Source: Gordius albopunctatus (lineage: Eukaryota). From it: a DNA stretch of 64,000 bases. The position numbers were made by a program, and so were the translations under genes. The notes below the pieces were generated by a model, which made no database searches, was not told the DNA's origin, and was given only the letters and a program-made list of their open reading frames with translations. Positions 1 through 11,585 of the stretch are shown piece after piece. The stretch covers positions 18,352,001 through 18,416,000 of the forward strand of contig OZ193909.1 in assembly GCA_964276515.1 (NCBI GenBank). The letters are read 5' to 3'. Position 1 is the first letter of the stretch; every line of letters begins with the position of its first letter.

Positions 1-269
1 ATATTAAATTAATCCTATAAATAAGTAATACATATTTCTACTTATATTCTAACTTTCCTGACGTCATTATTGTATATGATGCTCTTAACGAAACTGGCCG
101 GGAAATGTCAGATATTTTTAAAACTAAAAGGAATTTTAGGATTCTGAAAAAGCTATTTTACCCCTGGCCGTCCTGGGCATCTACGGTTAAATTTTCGCGC
201 GAATCGGGGCGGTAGTTTCAGAATTTAGATACACACATACATACATAGACTTTACTTTATATATATAGA
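1..269 (-). mobile_element. 5' end of non-autonomous Helitron (copy of 23677-24689)
   Basis: Plus strand ends (CATA)n-gactttactttatatatataga|t, which is A|TC on the minus strand. Identical to 24421-24689. Confidence 0.7.
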
Positions 270-420
270 TTAGATAATATGCTGATAGTAAGGAGTTATG
301 TGATAATAAAAATGTTTTATCCAGTAGCGTAGCTAGCCTTTTTGCCTTGGGGGGGGGGGGCTGAGCTGGTCAAGCCATAAGGGGGGGGGGCAAAAAAATT
401 CTGCAAAAAGAAATTTCTTC

Positions 421-1042
421 TGCCCGAGCCCGATTTTTCAATTTTTATTTTGCCCGGCCCGAAAGAAATTTTTAATTTTGGCCCGAGCCCGACCCGATTT
501 TTCAAATAAAATTTCGAAAAAATTATATTTTTCAAATTTTTTTCACCATCTAAATATAAAATGCATTAGATTTTTATTACTCGTAATTTACAACTAGGAT
601 AAGTTTGAAATAAAAAATCCACTTTCACTCGTTAAAATATATTCAGCTAATAATTTAAAGCTAAAAATATAACTTTATAAAATATATTTTTTACAGTTCC
701 AAATAAAAAACTTTTTGAACTATTTACTTCTCTTATTTCTAAAGTTGTAACTTCTATGAATCTATTTAAATAATAGAATAATATTTGCATTTCATGTCGG
801 TTATATTATAACAGACAAGGGAAAAGAGCTGAAGTTTGAGAGCTATATAATGTACGCTGTGCCAAGATATTGAATTTATTTAAATTCTATTTTATAAAAG
901 ATTAATTTGCTTTAGTTCAATTCGAGCCGGGCTCGGGCCTCAGATCGAGCCGCCACATCAGGCCCGACCCGAGCCCGAGGCCCCATTATTTTATGAAATT
1001 TTGGGGCCGGGTCGGGCTTCAGGCGGCCCGTGCAGGGCTCTA
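421..1042. mobile_element. One-ended hAT-type MITE fragment with GCCCGA subterminal repeats
   Basis: Ends in GCCCGTGCAGGGCTCTA, resembling the TAGAGGTCTGCA TIR of 7787-8953. Many gcccga/tcgggc motifs; second end not found. Copies at 24854-25475 and 62715-63336. Confidence 0.55.
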
Positions 1043-2067
1043 ACTACATATACCCTTAAAAATTCCCCCCCCCCTTAATCCAAAACCTGAATACGACCAT
1101 GGGTCAAACGCAAATTAAGAATTTTTCTCTCATAAACGTTGGGCAAACTTAAAATCCCGCTACTAATTTGTGTATTTTATCTAATAACATCACACTAGTA
1201 TGTCTTAGACCCGTATGTATCTAGGAATCTAGGTTATAAAATAATGAAAATTTATTCATAAATAAAACAAAGTAATGTAGTTGAAACAACATAAATTTCA
1301 CTTTGTATAATAAGTTTGTGTATAAATGATTGTAAGGGCACAAAGTGGAACGGGGATATTGACAGAAATCGTTGACATTTTAAAAAATAATACAAATATT
1401 AAAAAAACTATATAAAAAAGGTTTTATAAAAATTATTATTGCCAAAACCCCAAAAAATCTTGGCCATATATATAACATTTTATAATTTTACATATACAAT
1501 ATTGGCAGCATTTATATCATGAAAACAATGAGAACATTTAAAAGCCTTTTTAGGCTAGATGCTCGAAAGGCGTAATTATAACATAAATATGGAAAAAAAT
1601 TAATTATGAAATTAAAATTCGTTCAAGAATGAGTATTTAGAAGTTATTGCCCTGATGATATTATAGATATATTCGCACAACCGCCCCCCCCCCCTTTAAA
1701 TCACCTAAAAATTAAAATAAACAAATTTTACGGCTAAATTAACCTTAAAAATATTCTGTCAAAATTAAATGAATCAAAACTTTACTTAATAATTATAGAT
1801 GAAATTAGATATCTGAGATGCACAGAACAACTTAGCGTTTTTGTACATTTCGTATGAATCCTAGGCACATCAAAAGGATTTTTTTTTGTGATTTTTATCC
1901 CTTAAAAGTCTTGATGCGTTAACAATTGTCTATATAAATCAGGAATTTGTTATTAATATTAATTTATCAAACTTTTGATGGGAGATCCCTAATAAAAGGG
2001 AAAAAATGGTGTACAAACTGTTTTTTGGAAAATCATTGGCTTTATGAGTGCATGTGGTACATAAAAA

Positions 2068-5000
2068 TTTTTTTTTTAAATTGACATCCTTTATTAAATA
2101 AAAAGTATTAAATATTGAGCGGAATTGTTTAAAAGATACAAGAACGAAAAAATTTATATAAAAAAATGATTAAAACTCAATATCCGTTTCTTCATCTTTG
2201 AGAATGGGCATTGAATCCATCAAAGAATAAAAATTAGATTTAGCGATCGCGATGGCAATTGATTGTCGTAGTAAAAAACTATTCGATATTTTACAAGGGG
2301 CGAGCGTTTATTGAGTTCTTTAAAAAAATTAAAGCGCTCTTCCCAAATGTCCCTGAGCACGATGAGACGATAGGAATAAAAATCGAGTTTTGGGATAAAG
2401 CTGAATATTTTAAGGATTTACGATGCTCTGCCGATCCAAGGGGGTCGTGAGTATCGTTGGAGGGGGCAAAAAGGTCTATACAGGTGTAGTCCCATTTTAA
2501 GAAAAGGCCTTTGTCCCATGGGATAAGGGACGAACCGTCCGGGCGCATCCGCCCTTCGAGAGAGGGATCTGAAGGTTCAAGGATCGAAGGGACTTTTGCC
2601 CGTTTGAGGGCAGCTTGAAGTAGTGTATTTATTTTTTGGTGCCTACCATACCGGCTTTTATTAAATTTACAATGCAGAGGGTGACGTGCTTCCTCATCTA
2701 CAAGTGAATTACAAAGCCGGCAGGGGTATGAAGACGTGTATTTACAGCCCAAGCGGAGGGCTATATTGTAGGAGAGGGTAGGATTCTCCAAAAACATACT
2801 AGGGTAAGCTTCAAGCCATTCATGTCCGGAATGACCTAAGGTTGCAATGCTGTTTGGCGTCGCATGTCGAGAAAAGGTAAGCAACGGACCGCGACACCAA
2901 GCTTGCATCCAAATCTTTTTGAACGTATGATTGTGGTATATTAGCTCCTACATTGACGTTCTCATTCCATAAGGATAGGGCTTGATTTATGGAGGGATTA
3001 AGTGGGAATGGGACAAGGTCGTTGATATGATGTTTAAAAGATAGAGAGGAAGAAATAAAGGCGGCTAGGGAAATCGCAGATGGGGAGCGAATACCAAGGC
3101 CACCGGATTTTGTGGGAAGTGTGGCTTGAAGCCAAGTATTGGTGTTAAAGGAAATATTTAAAATTGATTCAAGAGTGGATTTAAAAAAGTTTTCATAGTC
3201 GTGTAAAACTTCTTTAAATAAAAAAGCTTGCGTAGAGCGGAAGCAGAATAAAATTTTGCTAATGTTGTAATAATTTTTTATAATATAAAAAGAATGATGA
3301 GATGGCATAGATTTAAAAATGTCTAATTTGGTTTTTAAAGAAGAGAGATTTTTGTCTAAAATTTTTTTAAGGCACTGGGGTCCCCCGATAGGTGCGCCTA
3401 AAACATACAAACTGTCTTTTTTAATTTTGGCAAAGTCAAAAAACTTTGGGTGAATATTATCCAAGTCAGAATATATTTCACTTTTAGAGGCGTTTAAACA
3501 TAAGTTTAGAATGGGGAAAAAAGCATGTATTACATCTAGTGCTTGGGCTAGGTTGTCAGGGGTCCCAACAAGAGTGGCGTCATCAAGATACCAGACATTA
3601 AGAGTAAGTTTACAGTGTTTGTTAATTTCGTTAATTAGGTGATTTATGGCCAAGCAGAATAAAGGGGGGCCTAGAGGATCGCCTTGTTGGATCCCTTCTG
3701 CGGATTCGATGAAGAATTCTCAAAATTTCAAAATCGAAGGGCATCCATAACTTAAAATGATGTAGTTGGTGTAGTGGGGAAACAGTTTGATAAATTCATT
3801 AATGAAGGCAGTGCGTAGAATGCTGTTGAAAGCATTTTTAAAATCCAGTTTTATAAAGGAGTCACCCGGTGGGAGGTGTTCCAGGGCTAAGCGTGCGGCA
3901 TGGGTAGCTATCTCGCACCCTCCTTTGACCCCAAAGCCTAGTTGATGCGGAATTAAAGTTGGGGTCAATATTGGTTTGATCGCCGAGCAAATTAATTTAG
4001 AAATAATTCTTCGAAAAACACCGCCGATAGCGATAGGCCTGGCTGAATTGTCGGCCTTCCTAATAGCTAAAAGCTTAGCTCCAAAGACTATGGGCGTTAT
4101 TTCTTTAGGTATACTCCCATTGACTAAAAGGTTACAAAATTTGGTGAATAAGTCTAATAAGATGGAGGAGTTATTATTAACAATTGTTATAAGATCTTTT
4201 AAAAAAATTGGTTTTATGCCGTCGAGACCACCTGCAGAATCCATGGGAAAGGATAAGATGGCGTCTCGAATTTCTGGTGACTTAAAAGCAATATCTGAAG
4301 GTTGCGAGGGCGATAGGTAAGTAGAAGATAGACTGTGGGGGTGTTTGAGAACCATTTCTTCGTATGATTTTTGTGAAGGACTCAGAAATGAATTGTCTTC
4401 TTCAAGAAATCTGATTGCACCTTTTATGTTGAAAGCGTGGATTTTTCTAGAGATCATATTCGCTTTTTGTTTGGGAGTTAATATGTGGGATTCCTTTCTC
4501 TCAATGTTATATGCTGGAGGGCTGTTTACTGTCGAACTTTAAAACTGATTGTTTAATATTATGAGTGATATTTGCTTCTTTGTCTTGAGGAATGGATAAA
4601 ATGTAAAAAGAGATTTTAAATAGTTTCTCCCAATAGGAAAGGTTCTGAGGGAGGGAAATAATATTGTTAAGTAAGTTTATTAAAAACTGTTGCATGCACG
4701 CCCGGGCCCCCCTTGGAATTCTGGATATGGTTGGTGGGAATGTTTGAGATAAAAAGGCTGTACTCCATGTCATGTCATTTTTTTCATTTGTGGTATAGTA
4801 GGTTTGAGGAGGTATTAGATTAGGAATATCAGTACCAGAGGGACTGAGAATAATGTTATCTTCTAATATTAAGGTTGATGGTGGACATGTAGTGTTTGGG
4901 GGAGCGAGCTTCCCCGAGGAGGGGCATTTATTGGTGACAGGGCCATGTTGTAAAAAACAATTCTTTTTGTTTAATGAGATATTTCGATGACACAAGGGGC

Positions 5001-5345
5001 ATAGGGCTTTTAAAAGGACCATTTAATATGTATATGAATTTTATCAGACAAAGAAAAGAATTTATTCATGTCAAAACTGATGATTTATTGTAAGACTCTG
5101 AGTAATTATGAGTGGGAGGATAAAGGACAACCTCAAGGATAGAGTAAGTGGCATTGCAGTTGTTTTTTAAAAAAAAAATTTGTTACCTTGGTTAGATAAG
5201 TTATTTTGTAAAAGATACTATATTGCATATTGTAAATGTTGGTTGTAATTGTTAAAAAGTTGCCTGATAAGATATTGTATATAATTTTTAATTTTTGGGT
5301 ATATAATTTTAGGTCTAAATATGTGAAAAAAAATAAACTATGGAT
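2068..5345 (-). mobile_element. CRE-like non-LTR retrotransposon (RT + restriction-like endonuclease), pseudogenised, 5' part lost in gap
   Basis: One broken frame 5022->2170. N-terminal CPLC..HGP..C zinc finger; RT motifs RPIAIG, KLDFKNAFN, QQGDPLGP, WYLDD; C-terminal CxxC..HxxxC and RPDG..WD..WDYTC. AATAAA plus poly(A) at 2068-2094. Lesions: frameshift ~4520, TGA 3720, frameshift ~2830, frameshift ~2300. Confidence 0.9.
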
Positions 5346-5545
5346 NNNNNNNNNNNNNNNNNNNNNNNNNNNNNNNNNNNNNNNNNNNNNNNNNNNNNNN
5401 NNNNNNNNNNNNNNNNNNNNNNNNNNNNNNNNNNNNNNNNNNNNNNNNNNNNNNNNNNNNNNNNNNNNNNNNNNNNNNNNNNNNNNNNNNNNNNNNNNNN
5501 NNNNNNNNNNNNNNNNNNNNNNNNNNNNNNNNNNNNNNNNNNNNN
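5346..5545. other. Assembly gap (200 N)
   Basis: Run of N. Flanks map to 28737 and 43407 of the other copy, so ~14.7 kb would be missing if this copy is complete. Confidence 0.99.
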
Positions 5546-5948
5546 GTTTCACCTAACGTTAAAATTAAAATACTTATATTTATAATAGGGTAATAGAAAA
5601 ATTAGTGAACGATCCAGTGAAATTCTTCAATTATTTTAGGATGAGCAAGGTAAAATTATGAATTAATTAGTTTTTAGGAAATATTTTATTATATATTAGA
5701 AAAAATAACTACCAACATAAAATCACAGAGAATAAACTATGCATATTCCATTTCACATGAAGAAAAATTAATGATAACTATCAGGTAAGCATTATCAATT
5801 TTTAACACATCTTAATTTAGATATTTGGCTTGTGGAAATTCTTATACATCAATAAGCTATTCACATGAGATAGGAATATCAACTATACATTAGTGATGTT
5901 AATCTGCTCGAATTAGTTCTGCTTGTATAGTGCTAAAGCACATACATC

Positions 5949-7363
5949 CAGTGGCGTATACAAGGGGGTGGATATGCGGATAAAACCACCTCCGCGGATT
6001 TCAAAAAAAAATTTTTTTTTCTAATATCGCATTATATAATAAAGATTATGAAATGAGTTTTAATTAACTATGAGGAGCACTTATTTTCAACAACCATTGA
6101 TCGTTAAAAAGGTCAATGATTTTTTATCAACGCCTAAAAGGCAATATTTGTTTGATTCAATTGTTAAGTCTTCAGATTCCAAAAATTTGAAATTAAAAAC
6201 CCTCTGTGAAACAAGATGGGTTCAAAAGCATCAAGCAATAAACCGTTTTTTTTGAATTAAGAGATTCAATTATCACAAGCCTTGAGCAGATTAGTGAATG
6301 GGCAGACAATGATTCCTCTTAGGGTGCTATGCTATTAGTATCAGCACTTAAAACTGGCCATTTTTGGTTATCATTACATACATTAAAGCAAGTCTTTGCT
6401 TATACTGTAAATCTTAGCATTCATTTGCTAAGCGTTAACCTGGACTTATCACAGGCAATAAATACGGCCGAAAGCGTTGTGGAAGCTATTAAATTAATTA
6501 GAAATATTTCTCAGGTAGAATTTTCCAGGATATTTGAAGATGTCACATTGATGGAAAAACAATATGGCTTTGAGATTTCGATTCCCAGAGGAAATGCCCA
6601 ACAAACCCCGGAGACTTATTATAGAATAACGCTGTATAATGCATTCTTAGACACATTTTTGGTAGAAATGGACACAAGGTTTCTTCAGAATAAACAAAAT
6701 TTTATAGGGTTTCATGCTTTACTACTACAACCACCTGTAAAGCTATCTGAAGCTAAACTGGCAAACCTTTTGAATTTAACTCATTTTTATGGGGATGATT
6801 TGAATGGAAATCAAGAACTATACGAAGCTGAAATCAAACTCTGGTATCAATCATTCAAAGATTGTAACCCTGAAGCCCTCCCTTCCAATGCACTAAATGC
6901 ATTGTCCGATCATAGTCCCAAACTTTTCTTATATCCAAATATAAGAACGTTATACCAGATTTTAGCAACACTGCCAGTAACAACCTGTTCTAATGAAAGA
7001 AGTTTTTTAACGCTCAGAAGACTCAAAACCTACTTGAGGAATACAACTGGTCAAGAGAGGTAAATACATTTTATTAAAAATTCTTAATTTTGTATAGGCT
7101 CATAGGTTTGACCTTGTTAAATATTCATAGAGATTCAGTTCCAGACACTCAAGATATAATCAATGAATTTTTATATAAATCGCACAGATAATTTTTTCCC
7201 ATACTATTTCATCAAATTATATGATATGACGTTTATAATAAATATCTTTTATGAATGGGTTTGTATTTAAATAAATTGTAAAATTGAGATGATTTTTATT
7301 TAAACTCCCCCCCCCAAGAAAAATTAAAACCACCCCCAAAATAAAATCCTGCATACGCCACTG
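5949..7363 (+). mobile_element. Internally deleted hAT transposon (Tip100/ZMYM1/THAP12-like transposase C-terminal half)
   Basis: TIR CAGTGGCGTAT/ATACGCCACTG and perfect 8-bp TSD CATACATC (5941-5948, 7364-7371). Transposase remnant 6070-7190 with LKTLCETRW and LATLPVTTCSNERSF..LRRLKTYLRNT; frameshift/stop near 6250-6322; 38-bp intron 7060-7097. Confidence 0.92.
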
Positions 7364-7725
7364 CATACATCTTACCATAACCATCATAAGCATAACCCGC
7401 ACAAGGCTGGTTAATAACCCGGTTACTAGCATGGCAGATTAAAGTTGACATGGTTGCTTGGTTAAGAGAGATGTAAGTAACCACCGGGCATCGAGCAGAT
7501 TGGATTGATATAAACCCTGGTATCGACCAGGCTCATTTTGAACTAAACGTGGTTTTTGGCAAATTTAATTTCATATAATGCTAATCAATATTTTTCAATC
7601 ATATAATATTAATCCTAAAAGGTGATAAAAAAATTAAAATATATTATAAAGAACTTTGCCCCCTACCTTTATTTGTCCCGTTGTTTTGCCCGGGAAAAAC
7701 CAGCCAGCCGTTTTTACAACACTAA

Positions 7726-8984
7726 TACATACATACACACACACATACATACATACATACATACATACATACATACATACATACATTAGAGGTCTGCATG
7801 GGCCGAAATTTCAGGGTCAGGCCCGGCCCATACCCGCACAAATATATTTTTTTTACCCATACCCGCCCCGCAAAATAACAACAAAAAATGCGCCGCATCA
7901 GGCCCGCACGAGAAAAAAGCTTCAGTGTTTTCAAAAAAATTTATTTCTATAGAAACAATTTTGCATGTATAAAAAAATTGTTATAGCATATAAAAACGGT
8001 ATTAATAAAAAAAATTTTAATTTAATATTGTCATTTAAAAATAATAAAGTGTCTATTCTATCAGGTAGTAGTCTTGTTATTCTTTGTTCTATTAGGCGAC
8101 TTGCCTTACTAAACGTGCGTTCACTTGTAGTGCTTGCGGCTGGAATTGCCAAAAACTGTACAGCTAACTTTGTCAAATTAGGTAAGATAAGGTCGTGTTC
8201 TCTCCACCATGAAATAATATCAAGCTCATCATCTTCCGGTTTAAGATTTAATTTAACATAAGTATCAACTTCATTGTTCTCCTCAATCTGCTCTCTTTCA
8301 TCGTCCTCCTAAACGGAGATATCCATATCGACTTCACCAATAGCTAATTGCCTACATACCTGAGTTGAATTGCTCATAGATGGACGACTGATGCATGAAG
8401 AGCTAGGATCTTCTTGCATTAATTTATTTAAAGTTTGTGTTACCATGGTTTTAACAAGAATAGCAATGTTGATATTATAAGTTTGTAATAAGTAGGAGAA
8501 GTGTAGCTAAAACTAATTAATTATAAAATAAAATTTTTTAATGAATTACCTTCAAGCTCAAAACAACGTCAATGAGATCTTGGAACAAATATTAAGCAAT
8601 CTAAGAATTTGAAAAGCGAGGGAAAAAATAAAGAATGAAGTTAAAAACAAACACTACCTTCTATCCATTCAATTAATTTACTTAATTAGCGAAAAATATA
8701 ATATTAAATTTTCTCTCAAAATAATACTGTTTAAATAGCAAATTTTTGTTAGAAAAAATAAATTTTTTATCATCAAGATAATAAATGCATTTTTTGTGTC
8801 AATACTATAATGATAGTATAGAGTTTAATATATTTAAATTTTTTCACTTATCAAAGACTTTTTTAGTGCTTATTTTCAGGTCCGGCCCAGCCCGCGGGCG
8901 GGCTGGGCTTAGGCCTGCGGGCCGCGGACCGGCCAGGCCCCTGCAGACCTCTAACATACATAGACTTTACTTTATATATATAGA
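7726..8984 (-). mobile_element. Helitron 5' terminus with (CATA)n microsatellite, interrupted by a hAT element
   Basis: Terminal acatacatagactttactttatatatataga|t is identical to the end of the Helitron at 23677-24689. The (CATA)n tract 7726-7786 resumes at 8954. Confidence 0.6.
7787..8953 (-). mobile_element. Non-autonomous hAT (Ac-like) element with transposase dimerisation-domain remnant
   Basis: TIR TAGAGGTCTGCA(T/G)GGGCC and TSD ACATACAT (7779-7786, 8954-8961). Minus-strand IISWWREH..PNLTKLAVQFLAIPAASTTSERTFS. Confidence 0.9.
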
Positions 8985-9177
8985 TAAGCTATACAAATTA
9001 TGTCTATTAGGATTATATTACAAATTTGAAATTTGCGCGAAGCGGATAATTAGGTGCGTAAGTAATTACTATCAAAAGTTTCAAAATCATATTAATTTGC
9101 ATTAAATACCCTAAATTTAAATCTCATAAAATAAAAATTCTTAATTATCTAAATTAAGACTTATTAGATAAAAATTA

Positions 9178-9267
9178 AAGTCGAGATCTCGCCGATAAAA
9201 TCTCGTCTCGTCTCGTTTCGAGGTCAGAGACGAGACCGAGATTTTTCTCGGTTTTTCCGCATCACTA
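9178..9267. mobile_element. DNA-transposon end fragment with TCTCG/CGAGA repeats
   Basis: Clustered tctcg/cgaga motifs ending in CCGCATCACTA (a hAT-like TAGTGATG end). No partner end found. Confidence 0.4.
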
Positions 9268-9269
9268 AC

Positions 9270-10300
9270 CACCGTGCTTTTTTCTCCTTAAAAACTTTCT
9301 CTTAATACCCAAAAGCGCTTCGCCCGTCTTCCTAAGTGTTAACCTACTCCACGCGATCGAAAAAAAATCCAATTGTTAATCGAAAGGTGCCTAAACCTTA
9401 AATTTAGCCCTCTCCAATGGCTCCAAGCCACCCTCCCCTCCATGAATGATGGTATAGGCATCCGACCCCCCCCATTTACTTTCACTTGAAGTTTTCATCT
9501 CATCTCGTTTATCAACGGATGAGTTAGTCAAACAAATTACTCACACCCAAGACCCGCACCTCGACAGCGCCCTTATGGCATTGGAAGACCTCAAGCTTGA
9601 TTCCGCAACTCACCCAACTAGAACCCTCCAAAATTAATGGTATTTACCACTGATAGCACGTTCAGTAGCTTACCTCACTTCGAACAACCTATCTTTATGA
9701 AATCTCCACTTCAATTGGGCATCCTCCGGGGGTTACGAATGGCTCGAGGCATAACCAAGCCAAAACCTAGGGTTACACTTGTCGGGCGAGGAACTTCGAA
9801 TAACTGTAGGCCTACGCCTAGGCTGCGACATTGTGTCCCCATTCAACTGCGACGTCTGTCGCCAACACGTTCTAGCAAACGGCCATCATCTTCTACACTG
9901 CCAATAAAGCAAGGAGCGGCATCCCCGTCATGCCACAATAAATAAAATAATCGCACAATTTTTAAAGAAAGCCGGCTTTCCCAACTCAATGGAACACACT
10001 CGCCTAAGCTCCAATGACGGTAAAATACTCGACGGTGTAACGATCATCCCGTGGACTCGTGGCCTAAACCCCTGCTGGGACTTCACTACAGTGGATATAT
10101 TTGCCAAATCTAACGCCTCTCCCGACCTTATCACTTCTACTGAGAGAAAGAAAGTGGAAAAATACAAATACCTCAGCAATATTATTTTTGTACCAGTAGT
10201 ATCCACGACTCTCGGTAATTTAGGTCCCGAGAGCAGCCAATTCCTTAAACAAACATCAAAATTTATAACCTCCATCACACACGATCTCAAAATTTTTTTC
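9270..10300 (+). mobile_element. Degenerate 3' fragment of a third CRE-like retrotransposon subfamily
   Basis: Broken frames give QWLQATLPS..GIGIRP, GYEWLEA..ELRITVGLRLG..CDVC..GHHLLHC, RH..IN, DGVTIIPWTRG..WDFT. These are homologous to the other two CRE copies. Confidence 0.85.
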
Positions 10301-10319
10301 TAGATTGTAGGGGAGGGCA

Positions 10320-10883
10320 TATGCTCCTGTTGAAAGGCTTTTCAGTTTATGAAAACTTATATTTGGGGATAAACGTTCTTCTTTATTAAATGATAATTTT
10401 GAAAATAATATTTTGTTGAAGTCCAATTCCCATCTACTTCCCCCTGATTTCTATTATCAATTGTAATTATATATATTGTTTGAAATGAAAAATAAATGTT
10501 TTACACATGTAGTTTATTTAGTTTTGTATAAAAAAAACTTTATTTGAAATTATTTATTAAATTAGATTTTATAATGGACTATTTTTAATTTAAAATAAAT
10601 AAATAATAATAAGTTTAAATAATTGGAAAAAAATATAAAAAAACAAATTTTGGATCAGATAAAACGTTTTTCAACTGGATTAATTTTCTACAATATTAAA
10701 AAAAATGAACTGAACTTGAACTAGTTCATTTTGTAAAATTTGAACTAAGAACTGAACTAGTTCGTTTTTTTGGATAAACTTGAACTTTAACTTGAAAAAA
10801 TATGAACTTGAACTAATTTATTTTTTCAAATTGAACTATGAACTTGAACTAGTTCATATCTAAGATGAACTTTAACAGCTCTA
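10320..10883 (+). mobile_element. Right end of hAT element (GAACTAGTTC family) with transposase C-terminal remnant
   Basis: APVERLFS..KRSSL..DNFENNILLK at ~10323-10430. Terminus TTAACAGCTCTA and subterminal block similar to 12610-12868. Confidence 0.8.
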
Positions 10884-11087
10884 GTTGTCAGTATCCGTTT
10901 CATTTTTCATGGCATAATTCATCCTTGAATAATAAGTTTCTCGTCGCCAATGAAACGTGTAAACACAATTAGTTTATTAGATAAAGAATGAACGCGATTC
11001 CAGAATAATCGATAACATGTGGTTGTTGATAAAAAAACGAACGATGCTTACAATTGGATGTTACAAATATAAAATAGTACAATCATA

Positions 11088-11425
11088 ATAGGCTATGACT
11101 CTGTTTAATTTATAATGTTACTTTAAGCATTAAATAAAAAAGATAAAACACGTTATTACAAATATAACAAAATAGAAATTACGAATTATTAATTTTGCAC
11201 TATATTTTTGCATTCAATTGTTTATAAATCTATGTCTGTATAAATAGGATACACCGAATTTTGCGAACGTTAAAAAGCTGATTTATTAAAACACATTATT
11301 GAATAGTATGACTTACTTTAAAACGTGTCTCGCAAAAATCGTTATAGAAGCAATTATATAAATGCTTATAGACTTGAAGCTCCTCCCAAAGTGGATGCTA
11401 CTTTGTATGAACACTATTATAACTT
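11088..11425 (+). pseudogene. Inverted paralogous fragment of the metalloprotease gene (matches 22702->22113 with internal deletion)
   Basis: Reverse-complement match to an intron plus the exon encoding AYRLEAPPKVDATLYEHYYNL. About 245 bp (~22211-22454, including the acceptor) is missing. Confidence 0.9.
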
Positions 11426-11585
11426 TTTTTAAGCTTTTTTTTAAATATAAATCTTTATTAGATGAAGTCTATATATAATAAAAATATAAAACACGATCAA
11501 TAAATAGATAAAAGGCGTGGCTACTCTTCATCCTCATCGAAGGCCAGAAGCCAGGTGTCGGAAAATGCCTTATAGTTGTATTTGG

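Larger units (their letters stand above)
1..5345. repeat. Partial copy of the ~38.9-kb tandem unit (equals 24421-28737)
   Basis: Base-by-base match to 24421 onward and identical ORF translations. Differences seen: a 13-bp indel at ~280 and C10 vs C11 at ~1065-1074. Ends at the N gap. Confidence 0.95.
322..5345 (+). mobile_element. Left part of degenerate hAT (Tip100-like) transposon with nested CRE element (copy of 24755-28737)
   Basis: TIR CAGTAGCGTAGCTAG follows TSD GTTTTATC. Decayed transposase motif DEIRYLRCTEQLSVFVHFV at ~1798-1856. Confidence 0.7.

Noticed and set aside
317..535. 72-aa ORF (three copies) and similar short ORFs at 7656-7952, 8785-9105 and 22726-23016
   Set aside because: They read through TIRs, microsatellites or MITEs and have no protein motifs.
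2035..2068. CRE target as a spliced-leader or snRNA gene
   Set aside because: The target reads as decayed hAT transposase coding sequence; no SL donor or Sm-site structure was recognised.
3976..4542. Plus-strand ORFs overlapping CRE and Gypsy coding regions (also 16274-17398 and 33025-33222)
   Set aside because: Antisense shadows of the real minus-strand frames.
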